A DNA stretch of 63,667 nt, filler included, from Octopus bimaculoides (Eukaryota): assembly GCF_001194135.2 (NCBI RefSeq). It is 7 parts of 7 records of this genome, joined end to end, with 100 filler letters (N's around TTAATTAATTAA, not from the genome) between each part and the next. Parts side by side here need not be neighbours in the genome. Positions count along the whole stretch, not along the records: positions 16,535 to 40,669 come from NC_068997.1; 6 more parts are not named here. One strand, written 5' to 3'. Shown piece after piece: positions 26,008 to 37,867 of the stretch. Both the position numbers and the translations under genes were made by a program. Each line of letters starts with the position of its first letter. The stretch's first letter is position 1. The notes beneath the pieces are model-generated. The model was not told where the DNA came from. It did not search any database and was given only the letters and a program-made list of their open reading frames with translations.

Positions 26008-26620
26008 CTTTTACGTGCCATATGGTATCAGTCAGATAGTATCTGCTAAACAACGACCAAAATAATACATCGAACGAAATAACATCCTGCGGCTCGACAG
26101 TGAAAACCTTAAGAAGCCCTCATTCCCTGATGACCTCCCATCTGAACCCAGACGCACCGGAGTAGCATACCTCTACAACGATTTCGAAGAGAAACACTTT
26201 GCATATCACAAAAATGGATGCATAAATTTACTTCCCGTAAACTTGAGGATGACGATACTAACATAAAGTGTACCGTCTCTTGGTTTCGTTACCATTACAT
26301 CACGTTACGTCTCGAGACATTATGCTTTTTGCAAACCAAAACCAAAAGATACTTATGAAATATCTAATGTATAAAGGAGACAATGAGGTCCTTAATCTCT
26401 GAAGATGCAACTGTAAATGTCGAGCATATCACTCTTCTGTGGAAGGTATAACACTGGTAACAGGAAGCTTCCCCCAAAATGTCATCGATGTACGACTGCC
26501 TTCCACTGAGACATGGTGTCGTTGCTAAAGCATTAGAAACAGAAAATACGACCCTACTTTCGTTCATTATTTATATTATTTACATTTGACGAATATTTGT
26601 CCTCATCTTGTTTGTTGTAA

Positions 26621-26664
26621 ACACAACGTTTCGGCTGATATACCCTCCTGCCTTCATCAGATGT
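26621..26664 (-). ncRNA. Minimal type I hammerhead motif (family 3, left arm)
   Basis: ACAU-CUGAUGA-A-[GGCAG...CAGCC]-GAAA-CG-UU^GUGU; palindromic AACGUU stem III. Confidence 0.7.
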
Positions 26665-26722
26665 CTTGGGGAAATTTCGAACCTGGATTCTCATTTCTAA
26701 GTTTTTTTCGATGTTGTTGTTA

Positions 26723-26803
<81 letters not shown>

Positions 26804-26954
26804 TCACTGCCTGGAATCGAACTCAGAAATGAGACCCAGGTTCGAAATTTCCCTAAGACACCTGATGAAGGCTGGAGGGTATATCAACCGANNNNNNNNN
26901 NCACTGCCTGGAATCGAACTCAGAAATGAGACCCAGGTTCGAAATTTCCCTAAG

Positions 26955-26998
26955 ACACCTGATGAAGGCTGGAGGGTATATCAACCGAAACGTTGTGT
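26955..26998 (+). ncRNA. Minimal type I hammerhead motif (family 3, right arm)
   Basis: ACAC-CUGAUGA-A-[GGCUG...CAACC]-GAAA-CG-UU^GUGU. The two arms together imply a consensus stem II of GGCUG/CAGCC. Confidence 0.7.
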
Positions 26999-27114
26999 TA
27001 ACAACAAACAAGATCAGGATGAATATCCGTCAAATGTAAATAATGTAAATAATGTACATAATTCCTCATTTCTTAAATATAGAACTGTGCCTACCTCCGT
27101 TATTGAATATATAC

Positions 27115-27328
27115 ATATCGGTATCAAATTTTGGCACAAGGCCAGCAATTTTGGGGGTAGGGATAAGTCGATTACATCCACTCCAGTAATCAACTGGTAC
27201 TTATTTTATCAACTTCGAAAGGATGAAAGGCACAGTCGACCTCGGCGGAATTTGAACCCAGAAAATATACATGGACGAAATGCCGCTAAGCATTTTTCCC
27301 GGCAACGATTCTGCCAGCTCTCCGCCTT
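27115..27328 (-). mobile_element. SINE family A
   Basis: Reverse complement of the family A consensus, including the tail GCCTTGTGCCAAAATTTGATACC. Confidence 0.85.
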
Positions 27329-27838
27329 GATTGGTTATATATACATGCCAACACAAAGACTATTGATGGAACATTTCTATCAAAACCAAGTGCAAACGCA
27401 ACACGCCTGACAAGTAAAGCAAAATCTTGTATAGCCGTAGATAATACTTACCCTGCAGATGTAAACACCTCTCCCCAAATCAAGGAGAGTGAAACTATTT
27501 ATAGAGAACAGGTTGGAAATCTGCAGCTCCACCATTTTCATAACAAATTCACATAAACACCAATAATTATTGGTGCTGTCTTTTCTGTTAGGAAATGTTT
27601 ATGTGACAATGTGGAAGAACCACAAAAAGACTGGTTAACACGTAGTTTACGAATACAATTTGCAAGAGGAGGGATAAAAATATGTATGACTTTTCTAACG
27701 TTCACCATATCGTACGTTGTTCTGATCGAAATTCTAGCGAAGGAGCTTTTGTTCCTTTGTTAGAAACTTTTGTTTCTTTCCGAGTAGGAAGAATTCTAAT
27801 ATTTAGAAAATCAACTCTACACATCACTTCACACACAC

Positions 27839-27872
<34 letters not shown>

Positions 27873-27919
27873 GTGAAAGTGACGCCGACATTAGTTTCGG
27901 ATCACTACATAACAGACCA

Positions 27920-30160
27920 AAATGTAGCCAGAGACATACCCTAATGGAAGCACTCAAAATCTCTCCAAACTGAACTTCCACAAAGCGGACTGGAAATCGA
28001 TCCGAAAGTGATCTTCAGACAGGACTGGCCAAAATGTCTATCCACACCAGACATTGGCATGAAACTAGAATACTTCATGTCTGTTATGCAAACCATATGC
28101 TAGAAATATGGCCAATTCAAAAAGGAACAAGATTCCAAGAAGAAGATCCTCATGAGACGACGGACGAAGGTTGCAAATCGCTACAATCAACATCCCAAAA
28201 GTAGTGAAAGGTCCCACCTAAAAACAACACTGATGGAGATAAAAAAGTATGCAACAATCCTATGTGAGGGAGAGAGCAGACAAACAAGCCTGGCCTATAA
28301 AAAAACATTGAGTGAAACCCAAAGGCCTTTCATTATGCCAAATAAACAGCTCCAGTACGCTGCAAAATAGGACCCCTTTTCCAGAAGGATGGCTCCTTCA
28401 CAGATAACCCAACCAGGATCAGTGAGGTTCAAAAGTATCTTTACCACTTCGTTGGAGCACAGACAAGTGAACGCACCATTGGATTTCTTTGGCGCCTATA
28501 ACCAGCGAGGCAGTTACGATGGATTATTTCGTCATTGGTGAGAAAGATATAATACTAGCCATGGACGCAAGCTCAATATCTGGTCCTGATGGTTTCCCAG
28601 CAACCTTCCTCAAATCGTGTAAACGTGCCCTGGCGAAACCACTACAGATTCTCTTCCAGAGTTATCTTGCAAATGGCAAGCTGCCAAGCAAATTGAAGGA
28701 GGGAATAATAAGCCTAATCCATAAAGCAGGAAGCTGAACAGATGCCAAAAATTATAGGCCTATCTTTCTGACTTCACACACCAGCAAAGTCATGGAACGA
28801 ATAGTCAGAGGGAAACTAATCGCATTCCTTGAAGAAAAAAACTTACTGAGTGATACCCAGCATGGTTTTTGACCAGGTAGAAGCTGCCTAACCCAGCTCC
28901 TACAGCACAATGACTGCGTGTTGAGGCAGTTACTCAACAACTCAAATCTGGACGTACAATACCTTGACTTTGCAAAAGCTTTTGATAAAGTTGATCATAG
29001 TATGATATATCACAAACTGCCTGATCTTGGCACAGCTGTAAAAATTGGTGAGTGGTTACAAGACTTTCTGAAAGATAGAAGTCAGGCAGAGGTGACCAAT
29101 GGCGCCACCTCAAAGAAAACACAAATAGTGAGTGGTGTTCCACGGGGCACTCTCTTGGGACAACTGCTTTTCATAGTGGCCGTCTCAGATATACCTTCAT
29201 TTGCCCAGATAGCCATCCTTGCTAGCAACGCAGACGATACGAAAATATTACAGAAAATACAAAACGCTAGCGATGTTGCCTGCCTGCAGCAGGAGTTGGA
29301 GGCATTTTACAGATGGACTGAAGACAATAATATGCAGTTTAATACTAGAAAATTCGAAACCCTGCGCTACCAGCGTCCAAAACTGAACGAAAAACTTTAC
29401 AGGGTTGACTGGCCAAGAAAATGGGAGATTACAATCCCAGAACCTAAATCATAGGTATCGACATGAGTGATGATACCTCTTTCCAAGTGCACATTACCAA
29501 GATGGCGAGAAAGTGCAGACGGCTAGTTGGCTGGATCCTGAGAACCTTTAGAACAAGAGAGAAGGAAAACATGATGGTTCCCTAGAGGATATTCGTCCTC
29601 AGCCACTTTAACTACTATTCCCAACTAATTTTACACCCCACAGTGTAAAATTAACAGCGGACCTCGAAGCAATCTAGCGAAGCTTCACAAAGAAGATCGT
29701 CTCATTACAACAGCTCAGGTTCTGGGAATTCTGAGACAGCTAAGACTCTACTTCCTGGAGTGAAAGCGGGAGAGATATGCAGTAATATACATCTGGAAGA
29801 TCCTGGAAGGAATTATGCCAAATGTACTGTGCCAAAGATCCCAACAATGCCGTCGCGCTTCAGGACTAGTTACTGTAACAGCCTGAGTTTCAAGGGCCCA
29901 CAGCTTTTTAATAGTCTCTTAAAGAGCCTGAGAGACCTACACAAAGTAGATGTAGATGTTTTCAAAACAAAACTCGATCTCTTCCTGTCGAGAGTCCCAG
30001 ATGAACCTACCTCGTGGCAGGAGGCGCAAATGAGGGTAATGACATCAAATTCCCTTATTCCCCAAATGCCACATATCAGAGGAGGCTTTCAATAATAACA
30101 GTATAGCAAAGCGCTGGGGTCCCAGCATGGCCACAGCTTCGAGCTGAAACTGAAAAAAAA
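27920..30160 (+). mobile_element. 5'-truncated CR1-clade LINE (ORF2 pseudogene)
   Basis: NFHKADW; GPDG; NYRPI.LTS..SK.MERI; QHGF..GRSC.TQLL; YLDFAKAFDKVDH; SGVPRGT.LG.LLF; (Y/N)ADDTK; GPQLFNSL; FK.KLD.FL..VPDEP. Multiple stops; 3' end followed by an A-run at about 30152. Confidence 0.92.
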
Positions 30161-30305
30161 AATATATATATGTACACACACACATATATATCATATATAT
30201 CATTATGTGTTCCAGACACGTAACATACCGAATTTCATAACATTATATGATATGATGCAACTGTATATGTATACAAGATGTACGTGTTTAAACTGTTTAA
30301 TTGGT

Positions 30306-30534
30306 TATAGAGGGGAACGCTAGGCAGTGATAAGTAAAATTGTAATGTTATTGTTAGTCCGAATATACTTGAGGCACGTTCGAACCGTTAAACAAGCATC
30401 AGCAAATGGGATATATTTTCCACGGCAAAACGCAGTGAGTGGCTTGTTCACCGGTTCGAACGTGCCTCAAGCATATTCGGACTAATAATAACAGTACAAT
30501 GTTACTTATCACTGCTTAGCACTCCCTCTCTGTA
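30306..30534. mobile_element. MITE with ~92-bp terminal inverted repeats and TA ends (Tc1/mariner-like)
   Basis: Arms 30306-30397 and 30442-30534 are imperfect reverse complements separated by about 44 bp. A partial second copy lies at 30745-30835. Confidence 0.75.
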
Positions 30535-31861
30535 ATTTACTTATGGTGAGCCGCCGCACAACGCTACCAGTCGTCGTTTGGCGACTGGAAAAGCATAAGA
30601 TAGCCATTCCCTTCAATCACTACGTAGCGCCTCCTGCCTGGTCTCCATGACCGAAGCAGAGATAACTACTCCGAAGTGCTTGCATCTCACAGTCTGGGTA
30701 GGTGGCGCTGCGAGCTGATCTTGGTGTATACACACCATTTGTCAACAAACGGGATATATTTTCCGTGACAAAACGCAGTGAGTAGCTTGTTTAACGGTCC
30801 GAACGTGTCTCAAGTATATTCGGACAGATTCGGACATTGCAATGTTTAATTGGTGTTTAAACAATATGAATTACGAGACCAAGTCTTGTCTTTCCTAGAG
30901 GTTACAGTTAACTTTAGTGGGCTCGAGAATTTCACTGACACTCTAAATCCCCCATAGCGACATTTGGACCTAAGGTGTATGTAAAACATAACCCTCAATG
31001 AAATATAATGTATCTATCAATAGTTTGAAGATACGTAAGTGTGAGTGTGTGAGGGGTGTATGTTTGTGTGTGGGTGTGTGTGTGTGTGTATGTTTGTGTG
31101 CGCGCGCGCGCGCATATCTGTGTGTCTGTATGTGTGCGTGTGATTTACCTTAGACGCATATACAGACTGAGAAAATAATCTTTATCACCACCAATGTCCC
31201 TCTCCGATATTACCGTCTTTACCTTCATAATTAGCAAAAGCAGTTTCACACACACAAACACACACACACGCACGCACACACACGCACACACGCTCAAACA
31301 CACACACACACATACACCCCACCACACCACACACATATACACTCTGTTTTCTTTTTCATGCGATCTCACATAAACATTTTAAAAAGTAAAAAACACACAA
31401 CTGCAAGTGTGAAAAACCTGCTGTCATGAACCAACACGCTTCTCTGATTGGATGATTACTGCTCTGTATTACGCTCAAATTACGAACATGTTTGACAGGA
31501 AGTAGTAACTTAACAACAAGGAATGTCTGCTCATAACAGGAAGTTATGTGTTTGTGCCACGTTGCAAGGTGCGAACAGTTCTGAAGACCTATAATCAAAC
31601 TGCAACCTTCCTTTTCAGCAACAGTGTGTCTAGGAATAGATTATTCAATATATTTCTCTTTTTTTATCTTTTGTTTATGACTGCAAGATGTGATTTAAAG
31701 GTAATTTGGCTACTATTTCTTGCATATTAGGCAACTATAGAATTCCCTCCTGGTTTATATTTCATTGCTGTTGTTTTCAATGCAGTGTTTGGTCTTGTGG
31801 CTGCTGATTGACCAGTGACGTTCTAACTGTGGCCATCACATCTTTTTAGGATTTTCTTACT

Positions 31862-32123
31862 CAGTATTCTTCAACCGAGGTTCATGTGGCCGTTGGAGAT
31901 CCATGTAAGGGTTTGTTGTTAAAACTTATGTGCAATAATAAACTGGTTATAATTCTACAATACACAAAATATTAAAACAGCTTTTAACACAATTCCTAAT
32001 ATTTAATCACAAAAATATAACAGGAGATTTCAGAAATCGGATAGCTATGAGGGCCCTACCCGTTGAGTAAAATATTCTAGAAATCAAAGGGGTCCAAAAG
32101 CAAAAGATTGTTGAGAACCAATG
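31862..32123 (+). mobile_element. hAT-type MITE (older copy)
   Basis: CAGTATTCTTCAACC...TTGAGAACCAATG; collinear with the adjacent copy. TSD not intact. Confidence 0.65.
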
Positions 32124-32145
32124 TCTAAATCTAAATTATCTAATG

Positions 32146-32398
32146 CAATGGTTCTCAACAGGGGTCCATATGGTCCTTAGGGGTCCACACAAGATGTCAT
32201 TGTTAAACTTTATGTGCAATAAATTGCTTATACATCTACAATATATAAAATATTTTAACAATTATTTTATACATCTCCTAATAATATTTAATTATAAAAG
32301 TAGAATAGGATTTTGAAACATTAAATGACTGTGAGGGTCCACCCACGTGAAATAGAAAACAAAGGGGTCCACAGCCAAAAATTGGTTGAGAATCACTA
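32146..32398 (+). mobile_element. hAT-type MITE with 8-bp TSD
   Basis: CAATGGTTCTCAAC...GTTGAGAATCACTA flanked by ATCTAATG on both sides (32138-32145 and 32399-32406). Confidence 0.9.
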
Positions 32399-32699
32399 AT
32401 CTAATGTATCATTTCTTGAGGGTGACTTGCCTGCTATGGAGAGACCATATAGGCGCTTCCTGATTGGTATGTTGTCACCGTTATTGTTGTCACTGTTGTT
32501 GTTCAGGTTGTGGTTACCTTATTACTTGTGGTTTTCCCCCCGTTACTACAGGGTCCCTAGTTATTGTCGTTGCCTTTGTTACTGTGCTCCTCACTCATTA
32601 TTCATTGTTAAACAACCTTCTATTTTCTACCGACATCATCGTGATCACCGGTTCAATACCACTCTTTCCAGTAAACCAATTCTCCAGTAAAAATTCTTT

Positions 32700-33103
32700 G
32701 TGATGGCAGCAGTTAAACTAGAAGTAGTGTTGCTGATAGAGTTCGTGGTAGTAGTAGTGGTAGTGCTAGAGATAGCGTTAATGTTGTTGTTAGTAGTAGT
32801 AGTAGTTGTAGTAATCATATGGTCATGTGACCGACCAGGTTATCAGATGTTGTTACGCATCGCTGGTCACAATGCACTCTTGCATTGTTTTATCCTTCAA
32901 ATGACGCTGGCCACCCCGCTGGCTTGGCGAACAGGCAAGCAACCCCCACCCTCCCTGATCGAATTGGTGTGGAGCAATGTAAAATGAAGTGTTTTGCTCA
33001 AGAACACAACGCACTGCCCAGTCAGGGAACTGAACGTACGATCTAGCGATCGTGAGCGAAACAGCCTAACCACTAGGCCACGCGCCTTCACAGCAGCAGC
33101 AGC

Positions 33104-33160
<57 letters not shown>

Positions 33161-33487
33161 TGTTGTTGTTGTTGTTGTTGTTATAGTAAAAGTGCTAGCG
33201 TTGGTTTTAGTGGTAATCTTAGTGTTTGTTGTAGAAGTAGCGTTAGTTTTGGCTGTAGTGGTAGTAGTAGTAGTAGTAGTAGTGCTGATTGATGCATTAG
33301 CGGTAAATAGGTAGTTGACTCTGATGGTGGAACTCTGGTGGTGGTGATGGTGGTGGTGGTGGTGGTAGCAGTGGTGATGCTGATGGTTGAGGCTGGCGGC
33401 ATTTGTAGTGACAGCAGCGATGGTGGAAGTATTGTTGATGATGATGATAATGATAATGACGACGACGACGACGATGACAATGACGAC

Positions 33488-33523
<36 letters not shown>

Positions 33524-33530
33524 AGATTGT
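32700..33530. repeat. Compound trinucleotide tract (GTA/GTT/GTG/GAT/GAC)n interrupted by a SINE
   Basis: Direct inspection; source of the poly-T/poly-V/poly-H ORFs. Confidence 0.9.
32815..33091 (-). mobile_element. SINE: head C + module F tail
   Basis: Minus strand GTGAAGGCGCGTGGCCTAGTGGTTAG...TGTTCTTGAGCAAAACACTTCATTTT; 3' part ...AAAACAATGCAAGAGTGCATTGTGACCAGCGATG is shared with 48711-48960. Confidence 0.8.
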
Positions 33531-34163
33531 AGGTGATGGGTAATGGTTCCGTCAGAGAAAGAGGTTTTGATGTGGATGGTGATACGGATAGATTGGGTTA
33601 CATGGAGGGTCGGTGTGAGGTGATAACGTATACTGTTGTGAAATACCACCCAGGTTGCGTTTTGTCAACAGAATGAAGGTAATCTGTATGTAGGTCTGCT
33701 CGCTAAACCCCTTCCTCTTCTTCCCAGCCATCCCCTTCCGTCCCCAGTGACCCTTTAACCAACACTAAATACTAATCAAAAGAACGCCTGGACTGTTTTT
33801 CTTCGCTGTTAAAGTTATTAACCCTGTCTTTTAGATGCTAATGGGTGTACACACACACACGCACGCACTCACACACACACACGCACACACGCACGCACAC
33901 TCACGCACACACACGCACGCATACGCACACACACATACACGCACACACACACGCACGCACACGCGCACACACACAAACGCGCACACACACATACACACAC
34001 GCACGCACACACACGCACATACATACAATCATATGTATAAGAATGTATATATACTCACATACATACATATATGCATGTACGATGTATGTATGCGTATGTA
34101 TTTCTACAAAATTAGAATGTATAAAGGTACGCACAATTATATATACACGTACAAACATGCATC

Positions 34164-34200
<37 letters not shown>

Positions 34201-34359
34201 ATCTGATATATATAAGCGAAAGAACCCTTCCCATATGATATATTTACACACATAATATACAAACATGTATATAAATACACATTATACATACAAAGACAGA
34301 TACATATATTCACATATTATTTGTACGTATACATGCATATGTCTGTGCGTAAATGTATA

Positions 34360-34414
<55 letters not shown>

Positions 34415-34924
34415 AAGGATCAACACACCTATATCAGGAACGCACCCAGTTACTTCCTTCTCTAATCCAGTTATTGCAAACTACGTAAGAAAGAAAACAA
34501 AGAAAGATCAAATGGAAGAAATTTCATAAAGAAAAATGGCTGCCTTCCATCTTCTCCTCTCTTCAGTTCGTGTGAATGAACTAAGAAACTGATAAGAGTA
34601 GTTTATCCGGCCTCCACCTTGGCGTTCGTGTAATGGTGTCGGCGACACATGAGTCAAGTGCAGCCTGTGAAAACTTGTTACACAAGAGGGCGCTATTCTT
34701 TTTTCAATGAGAAACTAATGTAATTATAGTAATGTCTATAGTGTAATGGCTGAAAAGATTTAGTCTTTTAACTAATCCCCAATCTATTTGTGCTACTCAT
34801 GAAATTAATGTTGACTAATGCTACCAGCAATTAGCTTTATATTTTTGCGTAACTGACTTCGGTATTTTAATTGGTAAGTATGAGAGTCAGTGTACTTCTG
34901 TGTTTTCTTTCCCTCGAAAATGTG

Positions 34925-35060
34925 ACTCGCCGAACAAAATGCTTCTTTCAACTCTATGTTCTGCGTTCAAATTGCGCCCCGAGGTGAGGTCTGCCTTTTA
35001 TCCTTTCGGGCTCGATAGAATAAGTACAAATTTCATACCGAGGTAGATGGCATCGAGTAA
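34925..35060 (+). mobile_element. Degenerate SINE family A fragment
   Basis: GTTCTGCGTTCAAATTGCGCC...TCCTTTCGGGCTCGATAGAATAAGTAC. Confidence 0.65.
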
Positions 35061-35389
35061 TAATGTAGTGGAAGAGGAAAATAACATTGACAAGATCAAC
35101 AACAAAATGTTGAGTATTTCAATGAAATGCCAACCGAAGCCACTGCTGGCGTCATTATTAACAATAAAGAGAACAATGATAGAAACAACAACAATAATAC
35201 AGAAAAAGCAAAATTAACAACAACAATTAGGAAAACAAGAATAACGCCAATAAATGTAGCTCATTTGTAAGTGTTCTCAGCATCTAGACTGAACACTCGG
35301 ATCAGTTCAAAAATTAATGTAACCAATTTTTGCCTTCGACCCACTTTGATTCCTATCTTGCTCTCTTGGACCACCATGCTTATTCAATA

Positions 35390-35652
35390 TATATAAGAAA
35401 AATCCTACCGTATTTCTATGATTAAGTATTATTAAAAATTGTATTAAAAAATTGAAGTATTTTGTGTATTGTAGGAGTAGAAGCAATTTAGAAAATTACT
35501 ATTTTTCAATCTCACAACGAGAGATATTCAGCAACAGGACTGCTATGTTATGTTGGCAAACAATCTTTATAACCAATTTATTGCTCATAAATTAACAATA
35601 ACATCTTATATGGACCTCCAAGGGCCATGTGGACCCTGGTTGAGAACCACTG
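35390..35652 (-). mobile_element. hAT-type MITE fragment
   Basis: Ends GGACCCTGGTTGAGAACCACTG, the reverse complement of the family's left TIR. Confidence 0.65.
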
Positions 35653-35959
35653 CTTTAGATGAAGAATTCTGTAATAGCAACTCCAGAGAAGGATCAGAAA
35701 TGCTCACTAAAAAACAGTACTCTACATGCGCTTATGTAATTTCCAAACGAAACGAAAGGCGACAAACCGTTCACTTGCGCAAACAAAAATATACCTGAGA
35801 AGTGAGTAGGGTGCTATTTCGTATCTCAGAAGAAAAGGAAAAAAACATGAATCAGTGGGAGTTTTGTTATAAAGTGCGAAATAAAACAGAACTCTTTCTA
35901 ACTCAATGTCTTGGAGGAATTTAACTTAATTCTTACCTAAATAGGTTATCGATTCACAG

Positions 35960-37850
35960 AGATGACGATTCATTCGTGCCATAAAATGTAAATCAGAAGA
36001 TATGAATGGCGATTATTGAACAACATCGAACAATATTCCTTCTATGAGAAATGCCAGGGAACCTGAATGGAGATTCAAGTGCTTGTTGTACACGAAATTT
36101 TATTAAAATAACCAGACCAGTTACACATTGGTGGCATACAAACATGATGAGAGTAATAGAGAGTAGAAAGCCATTGTACTTCAATTGTGGTGAACCTCAC
36201 CATCTGAAGTCTTTTTGTCATTTTGTAAAGCAGCAGCTACAAAAGCAAACGTCCACAACTACGTCCACATACAAAAAACAACACAACTGCAACAGCACCA
36301 ACAAAACTAACTTTAACAACATAAACTACGTCAACAAAAAATATAACAAAACAATAGTACTAGTAAAAACGAACTACTAAAAGAAATGATTGCCCTTGAA
36401 ACTCTTACAAACACACCCGAGGAATGCTCCCTTTCCTTAATAATAAAGAACATGAAATATGAGCGACGTAGTTGAATCAGAAAGTTTTCCTTTGATCAGG
36501 TCTAAAAGGAGAATGATCACAAAATCCGAAAGGTTGAAGGCCTGGAGTTACAGACGAGAAAGGTGTAAGTGTGACGGATGTGCCAGATGGTGATAAACAG
36601 GCACACTACAAACATAAATAGCAAAAATAACAGCGAAAACAACTACAAAAATAGTATCAACAACAACAATAACAAACCTTCTTAAACTTCAACGGTTCTC
36701 ACAAAAACAACAAAGAGTTGATTCAATTCATGAATTACAAATTGCCATTAATAATAAAAGAGAAAAGAAACCGATGGAGAGGGAATGGAAACTCTACTCT
36801 TAAAATCTGCGAAGGACAGATTATTGGTAATGACAAAATCAGGAATATATGGAACGAGGAGAAAGGAATTCTTAATGGACGCTGGGTTATTTTAAAATAC
36901 CCCAAACCTAAAATGCTGGGTGAGACTTTTAGGGAACCCAAAAACCACAAGTAAGGCAAGTGATGGTCTCCATCTTTAATGAAAGGAATGTTGAGAGAGA
37001 GCTGTGTGAATGCACGTGACTTGAGAATGTTGATTGGAAGGATGGCTACTGGCTGAATTGTTAACACATTTACGCTTAGGTGTACGAGCCATTTGCAAAG
37101 CCCGGATGTCTGAGCCGCTTCCACCCACGCTTATGATTGCGTACAATGCTTACATTTTGCATGGTCAAAAAGTTTGAATGGAGTGGTAGTGTTCTTCCAG
37201 AACATAGATCTAAATTAGGAAATAGAGACGATCTTTCTGGATCTTGGTAGTTGGTCAACGGTACTAAACGTATGTAGTAGGTCAAAGCCTTCTCACAGGA
37301 AATTAGCAGAAGCATGTAATAAGCCCCCCCCCCCAAAAAAAAAAACATGAAGCAATTGCAGAATATGCAAAGGTTGGGAAGAAACAATCATTCATGTTCT
37401 CTTTAAATGCGCAATCTTACCCAAGAAAAAACACATTTACAAGTATGGCAGAGATAGAGTTTTCATATACGGGAAGTTATGTTATCATTAAGAAACATCA
37501 ACAGTGGTATGATAGTAAAACGATATATTAGAAAAGGTCTCAGCGGAAGTGATTGTTCTCTTGGATATGCCACTCCATTGACAGGGAGATCAAGGTTAAT
37601 TTACTGGATTGTCTGGTGAAAGTCCACCAAAAACGTATCCCCTCATTAAAATATCAGTAATAACAGATGAAGAAATAGAGAAATTATTAAAAATTACAGA
37701 TCGAGAAATAGAGATAACCAGTATATGGGCATTGAAAAAAGAAACAGCCTGTATAATATAGATACCTTATGGATGATTAATCACAACATAAGGACTTAGA
37801 AGTATACACAATATTGACAAGGATATATCCTGGTACCACTTGGGACTTTT
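35960..37850 (+). mobile_element. Degenerate L1/Tx1-clade LINE with ORF1 and ORF2 zinc knuckles, RT core apparently missing
   Basis: (C>Y)FNCGEPHHLKSFC, a CX2CX4HX4C gag-type knuckle at 36177-36218; CRICKGWEETIIHVLFKC, a CX2CX8HX4C ORF2 C-terminal knuckle at 37357-37410. No RT motifs seen between them. Confidence 0.6.
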
Positions 37851-37867
37851 CCGCTTGAAGATAGATA

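Larger units (their letters stand above)
26566..27055. mobile_element. Palindromic hammerhead-bearing element (B-box + (AAT)n + hammerhead tail, with inverted duplicate)
   Basis: Arms of about 135 bp (26566-26700 and 26920-27055) are reverse complements of each other. Centre is (ATT)n plus GGAATCGAACTC (26813-26824), which reads GAGTTCGATTCC on the minus strand, a tRNA B-box. Confidence 0.8.

Noticed and set aside
26802-26891. Apparent tandem hammerhead dimer across the 10-N gap
   Set aside because: The ~90 bp before the gap are identical to the ~90 bp after it, typical of an unmerged contig overlap. Only long reads could show a real dimer.
32897-33649. 250-aa Thr/Ser/His-rich ORF resembling a mucin
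   Set aside because: It is the translation of compound trinucleotide microsatellites and runs into a SINE head.
34202-34230. CTGATA...GCGAAAGAACC similar to the family 1 hammerhead
   Set aside because: Core incomplete; no stem II or stem I pairing.
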